The notes under the pieces: generated by a model
What the model was told of the DNA's origin: nothing
What the model saw: only the letters and a program-made list of their open reading frames with translations
The model's database searches: none
Program-made: the position numbers and the translations under genes
In this document: in pieces, positions 18,454 to 32,200 of the stretch
Layout of the letters: the number at the start of each line of letters is the position of its first letter
How positions within the stretch are numbered: the first letter of the stretch is position 1
Source: a virus
Lineage: Duplodnaviria > Caudoviricetes
Virus record (IMG/VR): IMGVR_UViG_3300044635_001707
Location: 924-64,923 of that record
DNA: 64,000 nt
Strand: one strand, 5' to 3'

Positions 18454-18822
18454 ATGAAAGGAATACTATGGGGCGTGCTACAAACGCCCCTGTCCACACC
18501 CCGACGTTACCCATTGGGAACGCCACACCACGTCACACTCCAGTTCGGGGTTGACCGCGACGACTGGAAACACCTAGAGGGTGTTGTTTTCCAAGCTACG
18601 GCTAAATTTGAAGCCTGGAATGACAAAATTCAGGCTGTAGCTCTAACGCTACCAGGTGACATCCCCTGTCAGAACGCTACCCCTCACATCAGTGTAAGCT
18701 GGTGCGAGGGCATCAAGCCCTATGAGTCAAACCTGATGCTTGCGTCGGATTTTCACTCAAAGTCGCTGTCCCAAACACTAGAATTCAAAATCGAATTCCT
18801 AGCCTGGGAACAACCAGAGTAA
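18454..18822 (+). CDS. 2H phosphoesterase (cyclic phosphodiesterase superfamily)
   Basis: Two HxT/S motifs: HHVTL and PHISV, followed by KPYESN. Confidence 0.8.
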   Translation: MKGILWGVLQTPLSTPRRYPLGTPHHVTLQFGVDRDDWKHLEGVVFQATAKFEAWNDKIQAVALTLPGDIPCQNATPHISVSWCEGIKPYESNLMLASDFHSKSLSQTLEFKIEFLAWEQPE

Positions 18823-18864
18823 CACAGGCATCCTGCCTGTCTCATCCACACAAAAGGAATCACA

Positions 18865-19266
18865 ATGAACGTCTACTTCTTCTCCCGACACGAACCCCAC
18901 CCCGAAATGATTGCAGACTTAGGTGCAATCACCCAGCAATTTACAGGAACAATTTCCAGTATTGTCCGCGATGGCAATACTATAAAATTCCTAGAGACCC
19001 CACTAGGTCAGACCGATGCAGTCAGCCACGGCATACCCTCTGACTGCATCGTAGTGGCAGTTGCGCCGCTCCCACTACAAGAAGCATGGCTGAAAGCCGG
19101 GGCGACGTTTCTCGTCCCACAGAACAAGCGAGAAAAAGACCCCGACGGTCAATTTACTTTTAAATATTCAGGACTACTCAGGGTTCTAAAAATCGAAGTA
19201 ATCACGGAACAATGGGCAGGTGCATCGCCCAGTCTAGAAGACAAGCACCGAGAAAGAAGCGCGTAA
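18865..19266 (+). CDS. Csx16/Csx20-like putative ring nuclease
   Basis: N-terminal YFFSRH, D.IVVAVAPLPL...W..AGA.F, C-terminal R....DG...F.Y as recalled for Csx16/Csx20. Confidence 0.5.
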   Translation: MNVYFFSRHEPHPEMIADLGAITQQFTGTISSIVRDGNTIKFLETPLGQTDAVSHGIPSDCIVVAVAPLPLQEAWLKAGATFLVPQNKREKDPDGQFTFKYSGLLRVLKIEVITEQWAGASPSLEDKHRERSA

Positions 19267-19271
19267 TTCAC

Positions 19272-19303
19272 AACCCGGATTCTTCAAAGAGTCCGGGTTT
19301 TTA
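19272..19303 (+). terminator. Intrinsic terminator
   Basis: AACCCGGATTCTT-CA-AAGAGTCCGGGTT plus T-run. Confidence 0.75.
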
Positions 19304-19317
19304 TTTTGAGGAAAAAC

Positions 19318-19539
19318 ATGGCAAACATCAAAAAGAATCGCACAGTAAAAATCAAGGGAAGATGTAGTTCTGAATTGAAAGCATCTCTGTCACGCAAATT
19401 AATTGCTTGTGGCTATATTTATCGCAAAGATACAGAAGTCCTGTGCAACTTTGCGGAATTTCTAGAGGATTTGGATAGCAAAGATTTAGAATGGTTTGAG
19501 GAAAATTTCACAAATCAAGATGGGTCTAATATTTCATAA
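19318..19539 (+). CDS. Small putative DNA-binding protein, paralog of 15884-16120
   Basis: GAGG RBS; shared SLSRKLIACGY motif. Confidence 0.65.
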   Translation: MANIKKNRTVKIKGRCSSELKASLSRKLIACGYIYRKDTEVLCNFAEFLEDLDSKDLEWFEENFTNQDGSNIS

Positions 19540-20057
19540 CCTTCCCTTTGCAGCTTGTCCGCAGCCGCATTAATATCAGCGAAATATTTAATCCCTCTCA
19601 TATCATTAATGGCATCAGTGGAACGTCTCAACATTTGACTCCACTGATTCATTTCCGCTGCATTATGATTTGATAACGCCTTCTTCTTATCATCCCCAGT
19701 TAATCTCAAATCTTCCACTAATTGTCTCGCCTTAGCTTCAATAATTTTTGCAGCATAATCCCTCGCCAGCTTATGCACAGTATAGCCTTCAGTTACAATT
19801 TCTGATAATTCATCAGAAATTTTATCAGAGGTTTTTTCAATAGTTTTTTCCTGAATTGTTGTCCGCAGAACCTCGCGGTATTCATAGCGTTGAGCTAACC
19901 ACAATTCAGCTTTTACCCATCGTTCAATACTTCCTTTACCTTGTCCAGAAACTTTAGACAATCCCCTAATGCCAATGTCGTCCTCACACTCAACATAGCG
20001 ACGACGGCACTGTTCTTTAGTCCAAGGTTTTGGTAACTCGTCCCACTTCAAAGTCAT
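19515..20057 (-). CDS. Putative terminase small subunit / HTH protein
   Basis: N-terminal HTH (RRRYVE..GIRGLSKVSG..SIERW..E.W) then coiled coil. Confidence 0.5.
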   Translation of the reverse strand: MTLKWDELPKPWTKEQCRRRYVECEDDIGIRGLSKVSGQGKGSIERWVKAELWLAQRYEYREVLRTTIQEKTIEKTSDKISDELSEIVTEGYTVHKLARDYAAKIIEAKARQLVEDLRLTGDDKKKALSNHNAAEMNQWSQMLRRSTDAINDMRGIKYFADINAAADKLQREGYEILDPS

Positions 20058-20232
20058 TCCTCCATTTTTAATTATTAATAATTATATTATTAACACTTTG
20101 TGCTATACTTTATATATTATCTAATTAGATTGCACCTAGCAATCATTATACTGAATTTTTAATAACTCCTCTTACTCTCCTTTCTTGGTTTTGTCTCCTA
20201 CCCGTCCCCTTGGACGGGTTTTGTCGTTTTAG

Positions 20233-23200
20233 CTATCTACCGTAGGGATTACCGCGATTAATCGAGCCACCAACTCGCATTTCCCGACGGATGCCATCAG
20301 ATACCATTGCCTGTACAGCCTGGGATAATCTGCGAGTATCAACCTCTGAATCACTGCCTACCGCCACACTTACAGGTACATTAATAGTCGTTGTGTTCCC
20401 CATTCTAGAAGCAATAGTGCCGTTGCCACCAGTACCAACAACGCCACCGTTAGCAAATCCGGCAACGCCACCTTGCAACTTGTTCCAAATAGCAGTTTCT
20501 TTGTGATTCAACACACGCTCACCCTCAGATGCAATAATGACGTGAGGTACTCGTCCGGTGAGCGATCGCTCTTTATTCAACGCTCCCACTATACCGCCGT
20601 TGGCAAAAGTTGGCAATTCTCCCACCATGCCACCAGCGAAAGCCATATTAAAAGAAGTATTGGGAAGCACGTCACCAACGAAAGAGCCGCCCGAAGCCAA
20701 CCCCGCTCCCTTGCCACCAAACAGTCCTGCGACCCATCCAAACAAAGAGTCAGTCATTCGCTTAGATGCGATATCAGCCAAAGAATCAATGAGGTTTTTA
20801 GTGATGGAATTAAATAGATCGGTTAAAGATTCACCAAAGCTTTTCGTGCTTAACAAGAACTCTTTAAATCCATTCCTGAAGCCACTCGTGGTATTCTTGA
20901 TGACAGAAGCTAACTCAGAAAATTGCAATTTAATTGCATCTAGTTTGTACTCATTTGTTAACCGCAGATTTTCACGCAATTCATTAATCTGTTCATTGGT
21001 TAATCTATTTGCCTCAGTCGCCAACTTGTTCTTCTCAATAAAATCTTCTAGTTGAATACTAGCCTTATCAAATTCCATTCCTTGGCTGCTGATAGCAGAT
21101 TGCTTATCTAATTTTTCAGCACTGAAATCTAGTCCATAGCTTTTCAGCAGAGAACTTCTGGAGTCAGAAACACCTTTGATTGAATCTTGTAAATACTGCG
21201 CTCTTTCTAAGAGTTTATTTTGGAAACTAGTATTTTCATTTATTTTATCAAGGGATGTTTTGAGCTTTATAGTTTTTTCCGTTAGAAGATATTCTTGTTC
21301 TGCTATCTCTAAACGTTTCTGCATCCTTAATTCGTCTATTTGTTTGGTTCTAAGTAAATCGGCGATAGCAGTTTGTTTTTCCTTGTATTGAATTTCGTTA
21401 TTCTTTAAAGCAATAGCATTTTCATTGTCAGCAATCTTGTTAAACTCAGGATTGAGAGGATCTAATGTTTGCAAAACCTTCAGTTGCTCTATCTTTTTTT
21501 GCTCAATATCAAGAGATGACCTAGCATCTTGTACGTCCAATCCAAACACCCTAATAACTTCGTCTCCCTCGCGTTTATCTTTAAATGCGGCAATCATGGC
21601 TGGGATATTTGCATTTAACCGTATTAAGGCTTTTGTATTAGCAATAAATTGCAGTGCATTAACTTGCGCTGTCTTACTCATCAGTTTACTTACGTCATTC
21701 CTAATTTTAGCATCATCGGGGAACTTCTTAACCAATTCAACATCAATCAAACGTTTAATGACAGGGTTTTGATTTTTAAGAGCATCCCCAGCATCACGAA
21801 TGCTCTTTTCATAGCCTTCCCTTTTTTTCTGAAGGGATCTTTCATAGTCAGCAGCCTCTAGCTCCATTCTTTTCATCGGTGACATATATGGAGACAGCCC
21901 CTCCTCGATGGTCTTTGTGCTATCTAGCTCCAAGTCTGCGATACCACTAAGAGCTTGATATATATTTTCAGTAGTTTGTTGTATTAGACGATAAAGGTCT
22001 AATTGTTGTTGCAGTTTTTCTGTGTTTGCTTGCGCTAAGTAATTAAGATCATTAGCCACATTTTTAACATTTTCTGTTTGTCCATAAAGTTCGGCAGCAT
22101 TGCTTATGATTTCTTGAAGTTTGTCGGGTTCTAAAGCCTTACGATTTATGACAGCATTGTCAAGTTTTTTCGATTCTAATTTGGCATTAGGATTAACAAA
22201 TTCTACTACAACAGGTTTTACTACAACAGGTTTTTTATTTTCATTTCGGTAAATTGGTGATCCATCTGGCGGAGCAGTATTAAACAATGCTTTTTCTTTC
22301 AATCTTCGTGCAGTCAAAGCATCAGCTACATTTTTGCTTACCCGGTCTGCTTTATTTAATTTTGCAAACTCATTAGCTGCCGCAACGTAGTCGCCAGTAT
22401 TCAGTTTAGCTAACAAAGCACTTCTTTTTAAAGCACCTTGTCCAACATTAAAGGTTAAAGAAGTTAAAGCGTCTAATTGATTTACGTTAAGCGGAACTTT
22501 AACTAACCGCTTAACTTGATTTTGTGCATCTAGTAATTCCTGATTCAACCGCTTAGTAGCTTCAGTTCGAGATATTCGTTCACTCTTAGATTTTGCTACA
22601 GTTCCGTAACCAATCGAGTACTGATTGTAGTCAGAATACGCCTTGGAGCTAAAGTTTTCAAACTTCTTCACCATCTCCATTAGTCGAGAAGATAACGCTG
22701 GTGATTTAGTTTTAACTAATGGTTTAGGTTTAGGTTTAACTAATGGTTTAGGTTTAGGTTTACTAGTGGGATTAGGTTTAGGTTTACTAGTGGGATTAGG
22801 TTTAGGTTTACTAGTGGGATTGGGTTTAGGTTTACTAGTGGGATTGGGTGTCACCATTGGTGTAGCAAAAGGTGTTTTACCGGATGGTGACGTAAAAGAT
22901 CCAGTGCCTTTAAAATTACGTTTTGGATCTGTAGATAACTTTTGGAATTGCGCTATTTGAATAGGGAATCCTGGTAAACTTGCAACCTCAACCGAGTTTA
23001 TACGAGATGGTAATTTTATAGATGACTGAGTTGTAGGAGGTGTAGAAGGTGTAGGAGAAAAAGGCACAGGAGGCAAGGTAGGCACTACAAGACGTGGTCG
23101 TGACTGAGGTGAACCCAAAGCAGGTTCAAACCAATCGAGAGAACCTACAGACGAATTTCCTGTAAATAGCCTTGGCGTGGATTGTAATTTAATAGATAAA

Positions 23201-26200
23201 GAGTCAATTTTTTCCCCTATATTGTCTATTGTTTTACCTACAGATACAAAAGAATTATTAAGTGAATTAGTGGCATTAACAGCATCAGTACCTATATTTT
23301 TAGCTACTTTTTGTGTTTGGGAATTGGTGCTGTTAACACGAATATTAACAATTTCTAATTGATTATTAAATCTTTTGACTTTCTCGTCATCAAATGGAAT
23401 TATCTTACCTGGAAGACTTTGCTGTAATTCAGCAGCACGTAATTTAATAGCATCAAGGTTGTTTCTATAATCAATCTGTTGTTTTCTAAAGTCTAGTTCT
23501 CTTTTCTCAATCTCTGTGCTTTTGGAAATTATATTAATAATTCCTTCAACAAACTGAGTATAGATATTATTCCCTGCGCCTATCAATGCCTGTCTTAACC
23601 TATTTTGTATTTTTGATCCTTCAAGAGTAATCCGAGCTTTCTCAAACTCAATACTAGCTGATTGCGCTTCCCTGACCGAGGTTCTGTAATATTCAGCAAC
23701 TTGCTTAGTCTGGTCAATCAAAGCTTGCTTCATATCACGTCGGGCTTTGGCAGTCTCTAGGGCATTTTGAGTTAATGATTCACGGTCTTTCATTATGTCT
23801 TCAGTCAACTTATCGTATTCTGATTGCGCTTCGGCCAAGTTAGTGCCGCCCACCGCAATTACCTGGGCTATCTTATCAAGAGCAATCTGATTAGTTTTAA
23901 GTTTTTCTTCTAATAAAGTTCGGGAATCATTTAATCCTGCAAGTTGAATGTTTGCTAATTCAGGTGCTATTTGTTGTGATGTTCCTGCACTTGAATAGAC
24001 TTTAGATTGACTTAAATTAGACTTGGATCTATTGGCGGAAGAGGCTCTTTCAAACTTAATGTTTGCATCTTTAACAGCGTTTGTCGCTTGAGTGTAGAGC
24101 ATTTCTTCTACTGGTTTTACGTCAAATGGCTTAACTCCTGCTATTTGTTTTTTAAGTTCCTCAATTTGTCTCTGAGTCTCTTGAACAGCAGGAGTAATTA
24201 ATGCCCCTTGAATACCTTCAACTTCTCCTAAAGTTAATTGTTCTTTATATTTTTCTAGCTTTTTAAGTTGATTTTCAAGTATAGGCAATGGTGAGCCAAA
24301 ACTATCAACTAATTCTTGCCGTCTTTTGTAGAGTTGTTGAATTAATTGCTTAACTTCGCCCTGTTCTTTGCGAACTTTATCGCTAGGTAATGCCTTGCTT
24401 AATTCCACTCCTTTTTTAGTGGCATTAATTAGCTGCTTGTCAACGTCTTTTATCTCTTGAAAATTGAATGCCCGTTGCACAGAAGCTTTGATTAGTTTTT
24501 GCTGATTCTTTTTCTGAGCCTCTAAAACTTTTAGCTCATCTTCAAGTTTAATTGTACCTGCGTCAGAACCGTCACCCATGCTTAACGCAAAAGCATCAGT
24601 GGAAGATGCAGCCATGAGATTTCTAGATGCAGAAACAGCCGCCCTTCTCTCATCAATCTCTGCTTGTTTCTTCTTGATTTTCCCATCAAGTTCTTTATCT
24701 ATTCGCTGATTTTCTGGAGTATTCTCTATTTGGAAACTAGCAGCAGCTAGAGCTACAACATTCCTCATCTGTTTAGATTTGTTTTCTAGCTCTTTAAACC
24801 CAGGTGAGTTTTGTAAATCTTTAATTTCTTGGGGACTAGCACCACTGTTTTTCTTGTCTGCTATGGCCGCTAGTCTTCTTTTGTTATTGTCTTTAATTTC
24901 CTGATTAAGCTTAGATATCGCTGGGGTATTATTAAACGTATTTTGCTGTTCCGATGTTAACGGTTTTATATCAGCCATAAAGTCGCCAGGCTTACCTGTA
25001 AAGCCTTGACTAGCACCAAATTCTTTTAAGTTCTGAATATTCTTCTTCTGGTCTTCAAAATATTTTAGGATTTGTTGCTGGGCATTGGTTAAACGCGCGT
25101 TTTCCCCAAGGTCAAAATAACCTTCTAATTTATTATCTGCGATTAGTTGCTTTTGCTTCCCTGTCAGTTTAGGAGCAAACAAATCAAGAGCTTTTGTAGC
25201 GAGAACTATGGCAGCAATAAAACCACCTATTGAAACGACAATAAGACCAAGCGGACTCATTATAGCGGTAATCAATGGAGTTACCGCCATAGCAAGTCTA
25301 CCAAAAATAGAAACGGGGGCAACCGGACCCGCTATAAGAGCCTTGTTTGCGGCTATGGTTGCAGCCGTGGATACAGCAGAATTTAGAATTGAACTTAGAA
25401 CTGATATCCCAGAAGCAAAAGCCGCACCCGCACCAGCAGCACCCAAAGCACCAACTCCCACCGCATCCATGAGAGAGCCGCTCGCAGAATCGCGTTTATT
25501 CCTCTCTTTAATTGCATCATCCCACTTAAAGTCGCCACCGCCCCAAAAGCTTCTGATATCCAGTTGTATGCCTTTAGAGGGTAATGTATCCGCTAACGTA
25601 CCACCTAGCTTAGTGACACTATTCGTAGCTTTATCAAAGGAATCGGCAGTTTTTTGAACATTAGCCCGTATTTCAGTTAGTCCATTGTTTAATTCCTTGG
25701 TAGTTTTTGACAACGAATCACCCATGGGATTACTGAAGTCACCTTTAGAGAACATCAAAATACCAAAAGCTACAGCCACATGAGTTAATGCTGTTCGCAA
25801 AAATCCCATGGTTGCAGAAAATATTTTTATTCTCGCTTCACTAGCAGCCATAGCAGAACTCATGGAGGTCATCATTAGTTCAGTAGCGATTTTCATTGAA
25901 GTCATGACGCCCACAAAAGCTTTAGCTGCGCCGCCAAACATTCCTGTAACTGCACCTATGAACCCTTTAAATGCAGGAGCTAAGGCCATGACCATTAGCC
26001 CTGTACCCTGCTCAAACATGAAGACCATCGCCAGTAATTCTACAAAACCGGGAGGAATAATCTTAAAGAATCCAGAAAATACACCTTTAAGCCAATCAAT
26101 AATATTACCAGCCTGTTCTGCACCTTGAACCAAACCACCAAACATTGATGAGAAACTAAAGTTACCACCACTCATTGAGCGCATCACTGAGTCAACCGTA

Positions 26201-29200
26201 CTAAATGTGGCTACAACTGCATTCGTGACACCATCCATCATGTTTGTGATTAGGTCTTTTTCTGCACCCAGCCAATTATCGGCCACGTCCGCAGTTACAC
26301 CGATAATCATCGGCATCATGTTGGTGGCAACGGCTGTAAAGGTTGCCATTAGAAGGTTCTGCAACGAACCAAACAACACAACCAAGGGTTTTACCTTAGT
26401 CATAATCGTAGTTAGTCCAATGGCTATGGTTGCCGCAAAACCAATGGCAAATGCTTGTCCTAAAGGTATCAACGCGCCAAGTGTATTACTGAACAACGCC
26501 AAACCGTCCGCAAACGTGCCAACAAACCAGCCTAAAGTGCTACCAAGTTTGTCAGTAAATATAGTTGTAATTTCAAAACCAACATTACCCAATTTATTTA
26601 AAGCTACAACCAAGCCTCCAGCTTGATTAGCAGCAGATGCACCATAATCTTGATTCAGGACTTTAGCTACATTAGGCAAGATATCTTGAGATAAAATGCT
26701 ACCAGATGCTACTAATGCATTCATTTCAGGAACAGACACGCCCATAGACTTAGCAAATACACCCATGGCAGGCGGGAATTTCTCACCTAATTGCTGTCTT
26801 AGTTCTTCCATTGACAGCTTACCTTTTGCCAAGATTTGTGTATACGCCATGAACACCAAACTAGCATCTTGTCCACTAATGCCTAATGCACTTAAAGATG
26901 CCGTAATACCCTCAAACAAATCCTTGACACCCTGTCCTTCCATCTTGCTACCTCTAGCCGCAATAGCTAATTGAGAGTAGGAGTTGGCAGCAACTTCAGA
27001 AGGGACATTCATTTTGGCGGCTACGTCTTTAGCATACTTAAATTCCGCTTCACCACCAGCCTTTGAACCACCCAAGAAAGTAAAGCGTCGCTGTAAAACT
27101 TCTACTCGCTGGATACCATCTAGCATCTTGGATATGTGAGGCATCACCATACTCACAGCCGCACCTATACCACCAATAATCGGAGCTAAGGGTAAGAATA
27201 GGGGCGATAGAGAAGCGAATAAACTTGTCACGGGGGCTAAAGTTGTGGCAAGAGACCCCATGAATTGCAGCATATTGGGGAACATTGCATCAGCTTCTTT
27301 TGAACTGCTAAACAGAGCTTTTTTTACTCCTGTTCCCATCTGGTTGTACATTTCCTTAAACTGGTCTTGGGTAGCAATTGTACCGCGAGTCATTCTTCTG
27401 AAAATCAAGCCGACAGCATCGCCAAAGTTAGCTTGTCCTATTGCTTTCTTAGCGTTGTATTCTAAATCATCCTTGGCATTAGCAAGATTACGCACTGAAT
27501 CTTTAAATCCTTGAGTCAGTGCCTTACCCATATCAAAGCCCTTTTCCTTAAACTTAGCTTGTAATCCGGTCAGGGTAGCCATTAGTCCTGCTGTGGCTGT
27601 GTTTAAAAGTTTAGGGTCTATGTTCTGGAGTTGCTCCGACGACATCCCAGCTTTTTTCAAGCCTTGCATCAATAAACCTTTCAGTGCTTCTTGGTCATTG
27701 GTTGCATAAGCTTGTGTGAGTCTACCAACAACTCCGGTAGTATTAGGATTAGCAGCTAAATCACGGCGTGTTTCCTCTAGTTTTCCCGACTGCTTCATAG
27801 AGGTGTAATCTGAGAAAGTTACACCGCGCTCTTTTAATACCTTGGCTGTCAGGTAGTCTAGTCGCCTTTGCGCTCTGGGAACACCAAGCTTAAACCTGGA
27901 GCGTTCAATATCACCCATTGCAAACATGAGGTTTCGTTCATTTTCAGAGATTGCAAGGGGTTTACCGATAATATCTTGCCGTGCCTTCTCCAGTTCCTCC
28001 CTTGACATGGCTTCACGAGTAGTAGTATCAACGCCACGTCTTCTTAATGCGGCTTTAGTTAATGCATCTAATCTTTCTGGTGATATTGTTCCAGACTTCA
28101 TAGCACGCTCTAAGGCTTTTTCTGTCTTACTTCTTTGTACACCAATGGAACTAATAACATCTGCTATTTTCCCTGATTGCTTGTTGATACTACGTCCTGT
28201 CATTCCTTGAATTACAGAAGTAGGAATCATGGGAATATTGAGATTTTCTAAAACACTATCTACCGCAGTGTTACCTAAATTTTCAATCAATTCTCTACTA
28301 GCTTGACCGCCTTTTGCATTGGACAATCCCGCTTTTTTCCTATTAGCTAAAGTCTGTTCTTGCAGGACTCTTTCAACAGTAGGTGCTTGATTCTTGGGGT
28401 TAGATCGTGTAGATGGGTCTAGTCCCAAGATTCCACTAAAGGTATTCATCAATGGACCGAATAACCCCATAGCAAGAGAAAGTGGACCACCAATACCCGC
28501 AGTACCTACAAGATTAGGTACAGGATTCATTATTTTAGAAATTGCGCCCAATATTCCGTGAGCTTTCCCACCAGATAAAGAAGTTAAGTTAATCCTGGTA
28601 ACAGAACTTAATAGCTTTGTTAAAAACCCACCTGGTTTTAAAACATCATTATTGAGTAGATTCTTAACAATAGAATTACCCAGTCCTAACGTTAATCCCC
28701 CAATTATGGGCATCAATGGCTTCAGCATGGGGATTAGCTGCATTGTTTTAGGAATAAACTTCATAAACCAAGGCAATGCAGACTGAGCTTGAGACAGCAA
28801 TCCTTTGTAAAGCGGTTGTTTTAAGGTATCAGCGAGGGAAAATAGAGCGGCGTTTACAGCATTACGCATTACCTGCCCTAATGAAGCATAGCCGGATAAT
28901 GTACTTTGCCGAATACTATCACCAACTGCGGTAAATAAATTGGTGACTAAGTCCTTACCTAGTTGTAAGTATTGATTCGTTGCGTTTTGTGGCGTACGAA
29001 CTCTTATTGGTAAAAATCCGTCTGCGGGTGGTGGTGGTGGCGACGATAGGGATGGTGGTGCTGGTGGTATTGGTGGTGGTGGTGGTGATGTTGGGGCAAA
29101 GGGAGAAGGAGTGACAGCGGGAGGTTTGGCTGGTGATGCAAGTATTGGGAAAAACCCAAGCCCAGTAGGTAAACTAGGTTTGATTGTGGTAGATTTAAAT

Positions 29201-32200
29201 GGTTCAGGAACAAGAGAGGTAGAGACCGTTGGTGGCAAAACAACGGGAAGTCTCGCCCCTACTTGTCGAGTGAGCGATCGCACTACAGAAGAGCGCGGCG
29301 CGTTCATAAGGTCATCCAAAACAGTTGCAAACCCGGTCAAACTCGCAGTCATGCTCCTATTGAGCAGAGCATTTAGATTAACCAGTAAGTCTTTGTTTTT
29401 ATTAATCAACGCTTGTGTGTTGACTTCTTGTTGTGTAATAGTTGCCCTTGCCGCAGTGCTAGGTCTGGACGGCAATATCAGTCGCGCGTCTGGATTTGCG
29501 GTAGTGCTGTTTGGCAATATTAACCGTGCATTTGGATTTACGGTAGTGCTGTTTGGTAATACTAATCGTGCATTTGGGTTGGGCGCGAAACTGCGGGGCG
29601 TAATTATTGTGCTAACAGGCTGTGGTACAACATTTTCCGTAACAGGTGAAGATTTTACATCCCTTCTTGCTTGCTGTAAAATTCCTGGTATTTCTGCCAT
29701 AGAAGCTCCAGTAATTCTAGCCATAACTTTACTAACTGTCGTGCTACTTGCTAGAATTTCCATTGCCTTAGAGGCGTTTAAGTCATTATATTTACCTTCT
29801 CTAAACCCTTTGGCAATCCTTTGATTTTGAGATTCTACTGTATTGGCGAAATGTTCAACTCTAGCTTTTTCTGATTCCGTCGCTGTAGCACTTTCATTGA
29901 CAGTTTTAAGCATTAATTCAGCAATTCTTTTATTGGCCAAAACCAAAGCTGCAACCGCACCATTTTCAAAGCCTTCGCCAAAATTCAATCCGATAGACTC
30001 CATTACCTTTGATGGTGATGCAATGCCAAATACTTTTTTGACTGCGCCTAAAACACCCTTAGCAAAACCAATTACTATCCCCAATACACCGCCGTTAGCG
30101 GATAAAAAGCCTTGCCCAAAAGAAGAGATTAGATTAATACCTACCTCTTTAAGCCCACCACCCTTACTAAATGCAGACTTAGCATTGTTGAATAAATTCC
30201 CTAAGAGGTTATTATTTCCCGTTGGCTGCTGGGATTCTTGCCCGTTGCCTAAAACGTATTCTTGGATTTTGGGATGATTTAAGAATTGCCCAAAATTACC
30301 TTTAGATGCAATATAAGGATTTGCTGCCAAATCTGTTAAATCGTCCAAACCCTTTCTGTCTAAGCGGTGTGTCTGAATATATGGATTGCCACCGATTAAT
30401 TCAGAATGAACTGAATGCCCTAATTGAAAATCATTGCCAGACTGTGTATTAAGAAAAGAAAAAAGCTCACGCCCTGTTTTTTTGTTGTATTTAGTAAATG
30501 CCTTGGTGTTACCAAATAAATTCTCTTCAATGCCTAATAAGCCTCGTAGCCATTTCTTTGACTCCAAAAATTTATATATCTTACTGCCTAAATTTTTAGG
30601 TAACTTAAACGGTGTATTTTTATCCGTATCGGTGTCTTGATGCCAGTCGTAGACATCGTTAATTTGCAAACCTCCGTCTTTGGTTTGTGTGTAATTGAAT
30701 CCCCCTAGTGTATGAGCCAGCGTGGGCAATGTCTTGTGTTTAACCATGCCCACCACGCCACCGTCAGGAAAATAACCATCACCTTTTTCGGCTGATTGCA
30801 TCATATTGAAAATAGTTGCAATTTCAGCCTCTCTAGCCAATTGTGGATTCAGCTTATGAACCTGGGTTGTACCTTGATAAAATGCCCCTAAATGCCTCAA
30901 GGGTGTTCGGATTGATTTTGGAACTAAATTAGTGTCTGCAACACCCATCATCGCAGTCCCTAGAATCATTCCTGGGATTGTCGCTTTACTTGCTTTCTTA
31001 GCATTATCAAAAACTTTTTTTGTAGTTTCTGAATTACTAGATACGGCATTTTTAATTGCCTGATCGTAAGATTCTATTCCTTCTGATGGTATTGATTTGA
31101 TATTTTTTAAACCATTGCCAACAACATCAGTTAGTAAATCACTAGCACCGGAAACATCAATTACACCTTTTTTGATTCCAATAGCCAATCCCGATGCAAT
31201 CATCAACCCCAATGCAATCATCACTTTAGATGGTGATTGAATTTCCATCTTGGCTTTAACAGCCTTAATCAAGTCGTCCAACATGGCGCGGGCAGCATCG
31301 GATACACCACCAGCAGCGTGTTGAATACCTTTCTTTAGTCCTGCATCTACTTCTATACCCAGACTTTCCGCTTGGGCGACATAGCCTTTTAATTGCTGGT
31401 CAAACAGTTTTTTGTCTGCAAGGTTTAGCTTGCCCAGACTCTTTTCTGCGGTGCTTGTATTTCTGGAAATACTAGACTTACCACTGCTATGAATCCTAGA
31501 TAATTCACTGTTAATATCTTTACTGAAACCCGCGTCTTGTCCAGTTTTTACATATCTATCAATAGTAGAAATTGCTTCTTTTGACCTGGATACAAAATTA
31601 GAAACCTCAGACCTTGCGGCACTGATATCTTCTTTTGTACCAGCATCACTGATGGCATATTTAACCTTTGCCTGAATCCTCTTGTACTCATCGCTGAAAT
31701 ATTTGTTTATTGCTATCAGCGACTGTTCAATACTATCCAAAGAAACCTGAGTATATTTCTTGGTATTTTTAGACGATGGAATAGAAGGTAATGGTGTTAA
31801 ATTATTTTCTGATTTTGTGGCGTTTTTATAGCCTTCAGATATATCAATATTTTTATGTATTTCAGATTGAATTGTTTTAAATAATGGCTTAATTTGCTCA
31901 GGAATATTTACAGGAATAGGCTCTAATTCCCGTTTTTGTTGAGGTGGTGGTAATGGAGATTTGTTTGCTTTAGGTGGCAGTTGCTTAGGTAGGGGTGCCG
32001 CATCTTGCCAAGGGTCTGAGATTGTTTTAGCAACAAAAGGTTTACTGGTTTTTGCCGTAGGCTCTGTTGACTTAACACTAACAGCAGCATCGCTCAACGC
32101 TTTAGCCGCATTTTTTAAATCTGATGCGGCTTCCTTGAGAATATCTGAAGAAGATTTAGCGATTGGTTCTACTGGTTTTGCCGACACTCCAGTCTTTAGA

